Under the pieces are notes generated by a model, which worked only from the letters and a program-made list of their open reading frames with translations, ran no database searches and was not told the origin of the DNA. This document shows, piece after piece, positions 52,106 to 63,840 of a stretch of DNA of 64,000 nucleotides; within the stretch, counting starts at the first letter, position 1, and the number at the start of each line of letters is the position of its first letter. The position numbers and the translations under genes are program-made. This DNA comes from Lama glama (Eukaryota): positions 806,001 through 870,000 of the forward strand of contig CM052837.1 in assembly GCA_028534125.1 (NCBI GenBank). The letters run 5' to 3'.

Positions 52106-52453
52106 TATGGTATCACTTGTCCGTGGAATTTAAAAAAAAGACAAACGAGTTTATTTGCAAAACAGAAACAGACTCACAGACACAGAAAACAAACTTACGG
52201 TTACCAGGGGGAAAGAGGGTGGGAAGGGATAAGCTGGGAGTTCGAGATTTGCAGACACACGCTACCATGTATAAAACAGACGCACGGCGAGGTTTTGCTG
52301 TGTAGCACAAGGAACTGCATTCCGTGTCTTGCAGCGGCCTGTAGTGGAAAAGAACCTGGAAACGAATGTGTGGGCGTATACGCAGGGCCGAGACCTGACA
52401 CTGTGCACCGGAACTGGCACATCGTGACTGGCTGGCTTCAGCTAAAAACACAG
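52106..52453 (+). mobile_element. Artiodactyl (camelid-type) L1 3' UTR with TSD core GCTAAACA
   Basis: Collinear with 35995-36320; GCTAAACA at 52098-52105 and 52454-52461. Confidence 0.9.
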
Positions 52454-54139
52454 GCTAAACAAAAGCAGGAGTGTGTGGTTTAACGACGAGACCAAAGACA
52501 CACAAACCGGGCCACTATAGAAAGCTCAGACCCTCGGGCCGCCTCGTCCCTGTCCCCACGGGCTATCACCGCGCCTGCTCAGATTAGGGCAGATAAGACG
52601 GGAGGGGGGACGGGGACCCCCCTGGGGGCAGGAGTCCTGCCCTCCACGCGCTGTGTGGACAGGGAGAGGGTGGCCACAGGGAGCAGAGGGATGAAATGAG
52701 ACACGTCGCACTTAATTCAAGAACAATCAAGTTCCCAGATTGAGGTGCAGAGACTTTTCTGGCAGGGCGGCGGCGTGCCGGCGTCACACGCCTTAGCAAA
52801 GCCCGTCGCACGGCAGACCGTGGTTGCCGCAGATCAGCTGGTCGTGTGCGGGAGCAAAGGCCAAGACGTGTTTCCCTGCCTTTTCCCTCCTCACTCTGTA
52901 AAGAACGTGGGGAGAAAAGTGAGACAAGCTGTAGGCACACGGTGGCGGGGAACAGCCAGCGAGGCGGACAGAGCCATGGGCCAGCGCGGGAAGCCCTGGC
53001 GCCGCTGCCGGCCAGCCCGGGGCAACGCCCGCGCTCGCACAGCGGGCCTGCTCAGCGCTGGCTCGGCCCGGGGCGCGTTTCCAAGACGGGCGGTGAAATG
53101 GACGGAAACCGACGGAACGCTGTTTCGGTGACGTCTCTAATCTTCACAGCTTATTTGTGTCACCCGGACGCCCTCACGGCAGGCCAAGGAAGCCTTCCTC
53201 ACGGGCACGCGTGACGAGGTGGCGTCTCACACCCGGTGCGAGCTCGGGGCCGGCTCCCAGCTGCCTGACTCCGGGCCGGAGCCCCGAGGACCCGCGTCCT
53301 TCTGTCCGGGTCAGCGACCAAGGTGATCTTTTCGCCCAGATCTTGCTTCAGTGTGTGGTAACGCACCTCACAGACGTTCTACACACACAATTTTGGGGGC
53401 GGATCTACCAGACAGAACAAGGCTCACGTGCGTTTGCCCGGGAGCGCGTTCTGTTGCGGAAAACGTGGAAGGCTCACCCCCACGGCAGAGCTGCGCTTGC
53501 CCTGAGAAGCTAAATTCCGTTGCTTCTTACGTTTTCATAATGTCATTTAAAATATTCTCCTCTTTAACCTAAATGCAATTTTTAAATTTCCTTAAAGAAA
53601 TGCCAATTGAATTTTATGTGTAACTGAAGAATACAATGCAATATAATACAATTCCAAACACGCAGAAGTTTAGTTTGATCGCCATGAAGTGTGGAAGGAA
53701 AAGAAGTTGAGCTGTTTGTGTCTGAACGTATTTCTGGAATAACCTGCCAAAAAAACAGAAATCATCTCCCCAGAAGGCCTATTTTAACCTAATTTGAGGA
53801 CTCTAGATTTATACGACAAGGCCATGCTGTTTATCCTGAGATATGAGGAAGCGTGGTAGATTTTAGCCAGCTCCCAAAGAGGAATTCATCCACACAGCAC
53901 TTCTGGCCGGGCCCGGAGCTGGAAGGCTCAGCGTCGGCCTCCTGTGGCTTGGCCTGAGGACCTCGCTGGCCGGGCTCGGCCGCGCAGGGCTCTTCGTGTT
54001 CCATGTTGGTTATGAAGGATGTTATTTGATCAGATGTTTCTAGAAATGCAAAACGGGGAATGAAAGGGAAGTCCCACCACCCACCATCACTGCCTCCTGC
54101 GGTCTGGCCTCCCTTCCCCCTGCCTGCCTGTCGCCTGTC

Positions 54140-54237
54140 GGGGGAAGGCCACCCGGGGGAAGGGCACCAGGGGAAGGGCACCCGGGGGAGGCCACCCAGA
54201 GGAAGGGCACTGGGGGAGGGGCACCCGGGGGAAGGCC
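54140..54237 (+). repeat. Minisatellite, ~6.7 units of GGGGGAAGGSCACCC (14-15 bp)
   Basis: Units start at 54140, 54155, 54170, 54184, 54198, 54212 and 54227. Confidence 0.92.
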
Positions 54238-54889
54238 GGGATTTCCCTCCGCCGCTAACCCTGCCGACTCGGGGGGAGGGTTGGCTGCTGTGCTCGGCAA
54301 ACCCCAGGCTTCCCCCCAGAGCAGGGTCCCCAGTTCTCACAGCTGGGAGACTACGGACCCGGCCCCTCTGCACCACGTCCTTGGCGTTGTCAGGCAGGTG
54401 AGGGTGAGGCTCCAAGGGGTTGTGGGCGGTGGGGCTGCCCCGGTGGGCTTCAGATGTGGAGCCGGAACAGCGGATTGATCAGAGTCACCTGGAACTTCCG
54501 GGAAACGCCAGCCCTGGACGGCCCCTGACCTCCCTGGGGTAGGGGTCGCCCAAGGACCATGTGCCGATAGCCCCTCTGGGGACTCGGATGCCACTCAAGC
54601 CTGAGAACCTCTGGCCCAGGTTGGTCTCCATTCCTTCCCCCAAAGAGCTGCACCTCACGGGTTGTAAGGATGGGCCTGTGTAACTAACCACGTGGGGGCT
54701 GTTTCAGATCTGGGGGGAGAGCTGAGGGTGGATCCGAACCAGATGGAACCCTGCTGCCTGTCAGGACCTCTGCTGATACCAACCCACGGTCTTCCTGTGC
54801 TGGAAAGGCCCAGAGTGAATCACAGCCCCACCCAGCACCGTCCAGACGTTTACTGGACACCAGTTACCATCACGAGAACGGTTTGGGCT

Positions 54890-55030
54890 TCTGGGCCAGC
54901 GGCAGGTCCTGTCCCTCCTTGACCTGCTTACTTCCTCCGTGAAACGGAAGTAAAGGAACTTACACCCTTGCCTGTTAAGAGCGCCGAGTGGGGATGGGGT
55001 CAGGAGCACTTGGAACCACCTGGCTCAAGA
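54890..55030 (+). mobile_element. MIR SINE remnant
   Basis: 'ttcctccgtgaaacggaagtaa...gagcacttggaaccacctggc' follows the MIR core and tail. Confidence 0.4.
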
Positions 55031-56689
55031 CCTGGAATGAATTCCAGGTCTTCTCTGAGAGGCCACAGAGCCAGGCGGGGTGTCAGGGGTGCTGGGTGCG
55101 GCCTCCCTCCGCCCAGACCAGCCTGTAACAACACCAGTGTCAGAGTCGTCCCCCGAGCCAACCTCGCCATCCTTCCCACAAATCGGTCCAGGCCGTTCTA
55201 TTTTAAGCACGGCCTGGTGGACCTTCCCAGCTGCAGGCAGGTTGGCAGCAGCACAAACGCTCGGCAGTTGGAGGCACCGCCCAGAAAGAGCTCTGCAACA
55301 CGGGGGCTGGTGCCTCTGCGTATGAATTGACGTCTGTGCTGCTCCCAGACGCTTTCCCCCCACATGTTTTTTTCAATAAACCGCTCATAGGAAACTGGGC
55401 CCTCTTTGAAATGAGAGGCCATCCTTGAGTTGCCGTGGACAAGCTGTAATTCTGAGAAACCGTGCGGATCCTGGGCCCAGCGTCTGCTCTGCCCGCGATG
55501 CTCCCCGCATTCCCCGACTTGGTGCTTCCCGGCAGGTGTGTCCCCTGGGTCTGCTCCGAGTGGCTCCAGGAGGAGGGGAGGGTGGGAACCGATGCTGTTG
55601 GCCTCAGTCACAGCTCCTCCCCCTCCCCGGGGCCCCCTCTGCCAGCGGGTGAGGCAGGGCCCCCAGGGGGGTGGGCAGGGCCCCCAGGACACACCCTGGG
55701 CGTTGGTGGGCCGGACTTGGTGGCTGCTCCTGGCACCCTGGGGTCAGCCCTGGGGTGGGCAGGCCACTCTGCTCAGGGTCCCTACCACCTCCTCGAGCTC
55801 CCCAGGACTGGGCCCCATGGCCCTGTGGAGATCTGCTTAGCAGCGCCCCACGTTGGCTCTCGCCGTCCCCGGTTCTCTGCCCTGCACCCCTGAGGATGCC
55901 CCCAGGTTCACCTCCCGGGCAAACCTTATCCCCTCAAATGCCTGTTCCCAGACCTGCTTCTGGGACAGACCCTCACGCCGCAGAGTCTTCCCTGGGAAGG
56001 GCCCCCAAGACAGAGACAAAATCCAGGGGAAAGAAGTGAACACCCGCGGAAGCCGCTGTCCATCTTGGAGCTCACTGCCCTGTCCTGTGATGACCGCCCG
56101 CGCTACGCCGACAACTGGCCCGGCTGCCCGCCAGTCCCCGAGACCGGCCTCCAGGCACGTGGGGGCCCAGTGAGAGCCTGGACGGTTGTCCTGAGCATCT
56201 CTGTACTAAGGCAAGTTCGCCCCCAGCAGGTCTGTGTCAAGCACCCAAGAAAAGGCGAGGCCACATCCATGGCTGGTCTGTGGTCAAGAGGCAGGAGCCC
56301 CTCTGGACGCAGACTTACATCGATGGAGAAGGGCGGGGCAGCCAAGGTGCCAGCTCCTGGGTCCTCGTCCCACACGCCAAACAGGTTGACACCAAAGCGA
56401 GAGGGGTGGAGGACTCCTATGTGTGGATGGGGACAGCAGCCCCACTGGGTGGAGGGGATGCAGGAGCCTCCGTCTCCTCAGGACCCGGATATGACGAGAT
56501 GTCTCCTGAGAGCCTCTGGGGTCATGGGAGATGGGCCTGCGTTCCGGGAGGACCACAAGCTGTCCACCAAGACTCAGATCAGCACGTTGACTAGTGGTGA
56601 GCTAACACATGGACTGTTTGGGAGCATAAATCTGAGCATTCCAAATTTCACTCTCCTCCGTCTGCTCTTGCCACACGTTGCAGTGAACA

Positions 56690-56790
56690 TGTTGGGGGTG
56701 CCCTGTGTCGCTGAGCTGAATCTCCACCAACCCTGTGAAATGCAGCGATCCCGCCTGGCAGATAAGGATACAGACCCCAGTGCTTCGGGG
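56690..56790 (-). mobile_element. MIR SINE remnant
   Basis: 'ctgaatctccaccaaccctgtgaaatgcagcgatcccgcctggcagataaggatacaga'. Confidence 0.5.
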
Positions 56791-57959
56791 GCGGGCCCGC
56801 GGCCAGGCCGCTGGGGTCTGAGCCAGGGGTCGTCAGAGGACCTGACCCTGGGGTCCTTTCCACCACTTTCCAACTTGCACTTTCAAAAGACTCAGTTAAA
56901 TACTTCATATTATACGTTGTTTTTAAGAACGATCAGGAATGTAACCTGTAACTCTATGAAAAAAAATCAAAATGTTCTTGAGCAAAACCACTGGGGTCTC
57001 TCTTGAGTCAGCAAGTCTGTAAAGCAAGCAGACGGGGGCCTTTTAGGGAGAGGGTTAGCACCCCCATCACAGCCGTTCTGGTCGCCAAACACCACACAGA
57101 TTCCAGCACTATTCCAATCCAGGCAAGGGCAGCGAGTGGGCAGTAGCAGCCAAACCTCCAGAGCAGACGGCCTGGGTCCTTTGAAAACCTGAATTTAATC
57201 GTTGAACTAAATCAGAATAGGAAACAGACAGACAGACAGAATCCATCCTGTCCTTCCTTGCCACCCAGCTCTGCTCTCGGGTCTCAGCCACGCGTCCAGG
57301 GCCACACAAAGGACAAAAAGGAGGGAGTCCCAGACTCAGGCCTCCCTCAGGGTCCACGCTGCGACAGGCCCTCAGTCGGCCTCAGGAAGAGACGGGGGCT
57401 CGGGGACGCCTGCCTTGGCTCCTGCAACAGGAACAGCAGTGGTGGCGGAGAGCCTGGTATTTGCCACAGATTAGAAGGAACTTACTCATAATTTCCTACT
57501 TCAATTTCTTAAATGTTTACTCCAGCAGATTATTTTTAAGTTAGGATTTTTTCACTTTTAAACCCAACTGTTTCCTGCTTCTGCTTTATGAAGTCCTGGC
57601 TGAGGAGCTGTCAGCGTCTCACGGGGAACTGCACCTGCCAAGACCGCACGAGGGTGGCGGCAGGGGGAGGGGAGCCCCCCAGCCGGGAGCCCCCCGTGCT
57701 GGGAGGCAGGCGGCAGGCTGGGGGCTGCCAAGTGCTGCCCAGGACCTCGTCTCCATCTGGCCCAGGGGTGGGCAAGAACCACACTCCTCAATTACAGCTC
57801 AGCCCCGGGACTCCGAGGAAGCCGGGAGTGTGGCAGGTGTTTTGAGGACCACTGGATCCTGACCAACACCAGGGCTGACGGGGGACGAGAAACCCCCACC
57901 TTCTTACTGTGTTGCCAGAGGCGTTGGCCGTTAGGCACTAGGGGAACAGTTCAGTGATG

Positions 57960-58240
57960 TCCGGTGAAGTCTGAACACACGCAGTTTGAGCCAGATACCA
58001 CCCTTTGAGATTTCTGTGCTCCAGAAATACCTGAAGATTTACAAGCAGGGGGTGACCGTGGCTCTGTAAATCACACAAAAGAACTGGAAAAACCATCAAC
58101 AGAGGAATCGTTCAGAGACGATGGAACAGATTCTCTCAGATACTCTGCAGCTGTTTAGAAGAATGATGTGAACCCATACGCGTCACATGGAAGGAACCAG
58201 GGTTAATCAAGTGAAAAAAATATGTGTAAAAATACATGTC
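57960..58240 (+). mobile_element. Old L1ME ORF2-end remnant
   Basis: 'tttgagccagataccaccc', 'aactggaaaaaccatcaacagagga' and 'atactctgcagctgtttagaagaatga'. Confidence 0.55.
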
Positions 58241-58425
58241 AGTCTTTCAAGCCAAATCACTCAACCAGGGGATCAACACACAAGCCCCTGGACGTGGGGC
58301 GGGGCGGGGCGGGCGGGGGTGTACCTGCGAGGGCACGCGGCACACGGCCAGGAGCAGCCCGCTCTGAGCGCGTCGAGCAGGACGGCCGCCCCAAACAGAG
58401 TCACTTCCCAGGATGCTGGGCTGGG

Positions 58426-58820
58426 TGTCATGGGTGTCAAGATGTGCCAACTTGATTGCAGGTGGGAGAGCTGTCTGTCTTCCTCCCGCCGTGCAATCAG
58501 CAGAGAAGTGAGTCTCTTGAGCATCAGAATGGATGCGTGGCCCCTGAGGCTCCTGTCCCCCTCCAATTGCAGAGACACTCCCTCCCTGGGAGTCACGACC
58601 CACCTCCCGACCCCCGCCAGGCCATGCGTCAAGTTCCCTTCCGCGTCTGGGGAGGTGCTCAGGTCAACTCCAGTCGCTTCTGTCACCTGCAGCCACGTGA
58701 GGGCTTTCGTGTGTACAACGACTCCACGGCTGGGGAACCTGTTTCTGTCATAAGCCTCTTGCAAACGTATAGACTCGCTGGTTACTCGGCCAGCTGTGCC
58801 CTTCTCTTGACCTTGACTTC
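58426..58820 (+). mobile_element. Possible MLT2-type (ERVL) LTR remnant
   Basis: Start 'tgtcatgggt...atgtgccaacttgattg' resembles the MLT2 5' end; the rest is weak. Confidence 0.3.
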
Positions 58821-58875
58821 GGTTTTATCTTTTCTATCCGTGGTGCTTAACACAGTGCTGACGCCCGCTGGCATC

Positions 58876-59375
58876 NNNNNNNNNNNNNNNNNNNNNNNNN
58901 NNNNNNNNNNNNNNNNNNNNNNNNNNNNNNNNNNNNNNNNNNNNNNNNNNNNNNNNNNNNNNNNNNNNNNNNNNNNNNNNNNNNNNNNNNNNNNNNNNNN
59001 NNNNNNNNNNNNNNNNNNNNNNNNNNNNNNNNNNNNNNNNNNNNNNNNNNNNNNNNNNNNNNNNNNNNNNNNNNNNNNNNNNNNNNNNNNNNNNNNNNNN
59101 NNNNNNNNNNNNNNNNNNNNNNNNNNNNNNNNNNNNNNNNNNNNNNNNNNNNNNNNNNNNNNNNNNNNNNNNNNNNNNNNNNNNNNNNNNNNNNNNNNNN
59201 NNNNNNNNNNNNNNNNNNNNNNNNNNNNNNNNNNNNNNNNNNNNNNNNNNNNNNNNNNNNNNNNNNNNNNNNNNNNNNNNNNNNNNNNNNNNNNNNNNNN
59301 NNNNNNNNNNNNNNNNNNNNNNNNNNNNNNNNNNNNNNNNNNNNNNNNNNNNNNNNNNNNNNNNNNNNNNNNNNN
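58876..59375. other. Assembly gap, exactly 500 N
   Basis: N run. Confidence 0.99.
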
Positions 59376-62228
59376 ATTACTGCCAGGGCTGGGAAAACCA
59401 GCCCCACCCAGCACCCCGGGCCAGCAGAGGAGGGAGGAGAGGAACACACAGGAACCTTAATGCACCTCCTTCTGCCCCGACCCGCCCCACGCACACGTCT
59501 CTAACCACCTTAAACTGCTGAGACGTGTCAACATTCACAGGCCCTCCAGAGCCAGCAGCGCCCGGAGCCGAAGCCTCGCTGCACAGATGACGAGACCCCT
59601 CCTACGAGGGAAGCGCCCCAGGACACCACCGGGGGCCAGGACAGACAGGCGAGGGGCCCTGCTCCAGCCCTGAGGACCTCAGCGTGCCCCCCTCATGCCC
59701 TGCTGGCTCCGTCTGTGATGTAGGGGACAAGTCCTCCCCACTGTGAAGTCTGTCCCTGGGCCCCCAAGCTGAAGGAGGCCCCCTCGGTGCCCCCGAGCCC
59801 TCGCCCAGCCTCTGGCCTGGTTCTCCTGCGCCAGTCTGTTTGCCGCCCGTCTCCCCCGCACGGCAGGCTGCGGGCCTGTGCTTCCACCCCGGGACCCCAC
59901 AACGCGCTGGGCCCAGCACCGAAAGCTTGCAAACACTTGGATGAAGACATGGACACACACCCCAGGGGCCCAGGCACAGGGCCAGGGGCAGCAAGGCGGG
60001 AAGGAGAGAGGCCCGGGCAGGGCCACAAGGTGGGGTCTCCGGGGCCGGGGCAGGCGGTTGGCTCCCACGCGAGTCGGGAGGAGGGCAGTGCTGGTGCTCG
60101 GGGTCTGACGCAGGAGACTCAAGAACACCTAGCTCCAAAGCCGGGACAGAGGGTCCCTGGTGGGCAGGGGCGAGGCCTCTCCTACTAGGAGCTGCGGGGC
60201 AGCGAGCCAAGGGGTCAAAGCTCTTCCTGGGCCCCATCCCTCACCCCAAGTGCCCTTCGTACCGGGTTCTGAGGTTTTCTAAGCTGGAGACGAGGACTGA
60301 CCAAGGCTGCCCAGTTGACCAAACGTGAGTCTGGCTTTCTCACTCGAGGACCACTGCATTTCACCGTGAGAGAATGGTGAAACCGGCAGGAATCCGACAA
60401 CCCAGCGTGCGGCCGATCACGAGCTCGAGGCCTCTTGTCCTCTGAGAGGCCGGCGACCGGGCCGCAGGGAAGAGTCCCCTGAGGAAGGTGCGGTGTGAAG
60501 GCCGCGGGAGGGCCGGCCCCGCGTCTGTGGGTCCTGCCAAGCCGGACTCTGTCTTCCCCCCGCTGCCTCCCCGTCCCCCCTTCCACCCTTTCCTCTGGCT
60601 GCTGGGCAAGATTCACAGAAATGGCACATTTCAGAGATAATGCAAATGACCGTGGTGCCTTCCAGAAAGCGTCAGCCCTGCGAGCCGTTGGCCAGGAGTG
60701 CGCCCGCACCCGCGCAGCAGGGAGGCGCCACCCACCTTCTGAACATTCAGAAAGTGCAGACCACACAGCTAAGTGGCTTTACCGTGCTGCCTCCTGCGGA
60801 AGGTATCTGAGTCAGACGTGAGGAAGCCTTTTGACACAGGAGAGTCACACGACGTAAAGGACGGCTCCTGCCTAGGGTGCCGGCCCAGCTGTGTGGTGAC
60901 GCTCCTGGTGAGTCTTCAGTGAAGCTGCTTCGTCCTGAGAGATTCTGCCCCTCCCTGCCCGTCCCCAGAGGTGGCAGATGGTCTAGGTGCCCTGAACCGT
61001 CCTGGCCACCACCGGTCCCCCGGGCTGGATACTGGACCCAAGCAGGACCAGATGCCCTTCCCTGGGCGTGGGCCCCTGAGAAGGCGGTGGTGGGCGTGGC
61101 TGCCGGGCCACCAACAGGTAAGGGGGCAGCGCGGGGCCCGGCTGGAAGCAGGCGCTTCTGAGACGCAGACAGTGTGCTTGAGAGAGGCATAGACGCAGGG
61201 GTCTCCTCCGCCTCCGGGGATGAGCGCGGGGCCGGGGGGCAAGGCCGTGGCCTCTCCCACGTCTGTCTGCAGTTCTGACTGCCTCGCTCTGGATGGTCTT
61301 CTCAAGGCTGTCGTACAGAGGTGGCCTTAGACGCAGAGACAACGCGTCCGTGGGGCTGTGGGGGGGCAGGTTGCTGACCAGAGTAATAAAGGGAGCAGTT
61401 CTTCCCGCGGCGAAGGTGGGCAGGCTCGCTGTCGCCCCTCGTAAGACTGAGATTCCTTAAATTCAAAGTTCCTCGACTCTGATGTAAGCCCGTGTGTGCA
61501 GCGCTCACCTGGGCCCGCCCACCCTTCACCCCCTGGGGCAGGGCAGGCGGGGGGCTGGTACAGAAAGGGGCCCTGGGACAAACGGGGATCTCAGCCCTGC
61601 TGGCCCCAAGCGACCGAGCCCTGGCCTCGGGCCCGGGAGCCCCGTCTGCCGGGCAGCTTTCAGGTCGTGCCAGCCCGCAGCCCGCCACGGCGCCTGACGG
61701 AGCGCTGAGACGCGGACGACTCCCCGGGCTGCACCCCGTGCCCGGGACTCCGACAGGCAGAGCGTGGGGTGCGGCACAGCAGATCCCGCTCCTGAGCTGC
61801 CCGAGCCCAGACGCACCCAGAATCACGCCCGTAATGTGCCCCCGGCCTCCAAATGGGTTCACAGCAACTCCCACTGAGTCGGTCTCTGGAAGTGCGCCTT
61901 GTCCCCTTAGCTCCAGGGGCACAGTTCCTGTGTGCTGATTCCTATGTCGTTCCTCTGGGAGAGGATGTGAACTTCTGACACTGACGTGGGGCAAAACCGT
62001 CTTCAGATGCTCCTGTTACCTGCCCCCGGGGTGGGGGTGGGGTGCAGAAAGGCTACTTCTTCCTGCTGAAAGCAAAACGTCCAGGAACGGAACGTCTGGA
62101 CGAGCAGCCTGGTTCCCGGAACAGCAACGGTCACAGGGACAAGCGCTGAGAACACACAGGTTCAGGCCGAGCGTTTCATGTTCGTTACATGAATTGACTG
62201 TTTGGAACAGAGTCGGGCCCACAGCAGT

Positions 62229-62698
62229 CGTGAACGAAAAATACTGCAAACCGTGTCAGTGAACAAAGAATGTGAAGCCGTCAAGTCCTCAGCGGCTGCC
62301 GCCACCCCAGTGAAGACCAGCCTGCAGCCCGGCCTCTGCAGCCACTCACAGTGGTGCCCCCTGAGGGGGCTCAGAACAAGAAAGGACAGGACACTGGCCC
62401 TAGACAGCCAGGTGCTTGTCAAGGGAATGAGTTCAGTGGGCCCAAATGCTTGCTTCCTCCCATACCTAGAAAACACTAAAGTTTTAACTTGAGATGCCTG
62501 GTTGCCTTTAGTTAACAAGTCATCTTTTATCGTTCTGACTACCTGGTCTTTGTTGTAAAGCTCCCATATGTCCGAGCTCCTCCCCTACCTCTTCGGAATA
62601 GCCCCCAAGAGCGATCTGAGAGGCTGTCATCCCGGCTCGAGTCCTGCCGCCAAATGAAACATCATTCTCCACTTTCAGGCTGCGCGTTTGAGTCAACA
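62229..62698 (+). mobile_element. ERV1 solo LTR, MER41-like cetartiodactyl family
   Basis: 'aacgaaaaatactgc', 'actggccctaga', 'ttaacttgagat', 'ctacctggtctttgttg', 'cctcttcgga...atctgagaggctgtc' and the end 'tttcaggctgcgcg...agtcaaca'. Confidence 0.75.
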
Positions 62699-63324
62699 CG
62701 ATCGTGACGTGAACGCTTGCTGGCTTCGTCATCACACGATCTCACTCGGGGGGCAAGGCCCTTGGGTTTGTGCCTTAGAGACGAGGAGGGCAAGGCCCAA
62801 AACGCCAGGAACTTGCCCGAGGAAATGTTCTTGCGCTCACGTTTTGGGCTTCGGGACAGAAACGCATCTGAAAGCACTCGGGCAGCAGGACCGCGCATCA
62901 CCGCCTGTGAGAAGCCGGAGGGAAGCAGCCGCCTTCTTAGCTCCCACGGCTGCCCAGGGCCGGGCCTTCCCGCTTCCTGCCTGACTGTCTTCAACAGACT
63001 GGATAAGCCTTTCACCTCACGGCCACAAAGTGGCTGCAGCTCCTCCAAGCCTTCCATCCCCAGGGAACAATAGCCCAACCTTCCCCAGAAGTTGCCCCTG
63101 CAGCTTCAGTGATGCCCCGTCATGTCTCCTGGGCCAGGGTGGGGCCAAGTGCCTGCCTCTAAAGCCGGCAGCGACTTTGAGCCCCTGAGCACACTGAAAA
63201 TGAAGCCCTAAACAGCAGCAGAGATGCGCCCGCCAGGCAGGGGCACGGTGGGCTCTGGGAGGGCACAACAGTGGCTGGGGCTTTGTCCCTGCCAGACTGG
63301 TCCCGGGGACATAGGGCCCACCCG

Positions 63325-63525
63325 CTTCTGTGCCTCGCTTCCTGCAATGGTGCAATGTTCTAGACCTCCGCCGTCGTCCAGTGAGGCGGCCACAGCCACC
63401 CTTGACTCCTGAGCCCTCGAGGGGTGGACCGTGAGACTGAAGATTGAATTTCCGTTTTTGAATGTAATGAGCTCAGAGAGCCGGCTGGAGCTGTGGCCGC
63501 AGCACGGACGGTGTGGGACGCGCAG
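63325..63525. mobile_element. MER3 (hAT-Charlie), GC-shifted
   Basis: 'tgcaatggtgcaatgttctagacct...gtccagtgaggcggccacagccac...gactgaagattgaattt'. Confidence 0.6.
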
Positions 63526-63564
63526 GGCCGCGGCTTTGCTAGAGCAGCCGTGCTATCCGGCAGG

Positions 63565-63840
63565 GCGCTGATGCCCTAGGAAGACAACGTGGGACGCCAG
63601 GGAAGCGGAGACATCCCAGTAGCCACGCAAAAGAAAAAGAAGGAGGTGAAATTCATTTCCTAATACGCTGTAATCTTCCTCTTTCTCCAAAATAAGATCA
63701 CTTCGACATGTAACTGATATAAAAGAACAGGTGAGCTACTTCACCTTCTTTCGTTCGCCTCACGTCTTTGGGATCAGATGTGTACTTTGCGCTCGCAGTG
63801 CCCGCTCCCCTGCAGCACCCCATGTGGCCAGCCCCGCTCC
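63565..63840. mobile_element. MER33 (hAT-Charlie)
   Basis: 'cagtagccacgcaaaagaaaaagaaggaggtgaaattcattt...tccaaaataagatcacttcgacatgtaactgatataaaa'. Confidence 0.75.

Noticed and set aside
56065-57006. Longest gap-free ORF (313 aa)
   Set aside because: Non-ATG start, no recognisable domain, runs through a MIR remnant; expected in GC-rich DNA
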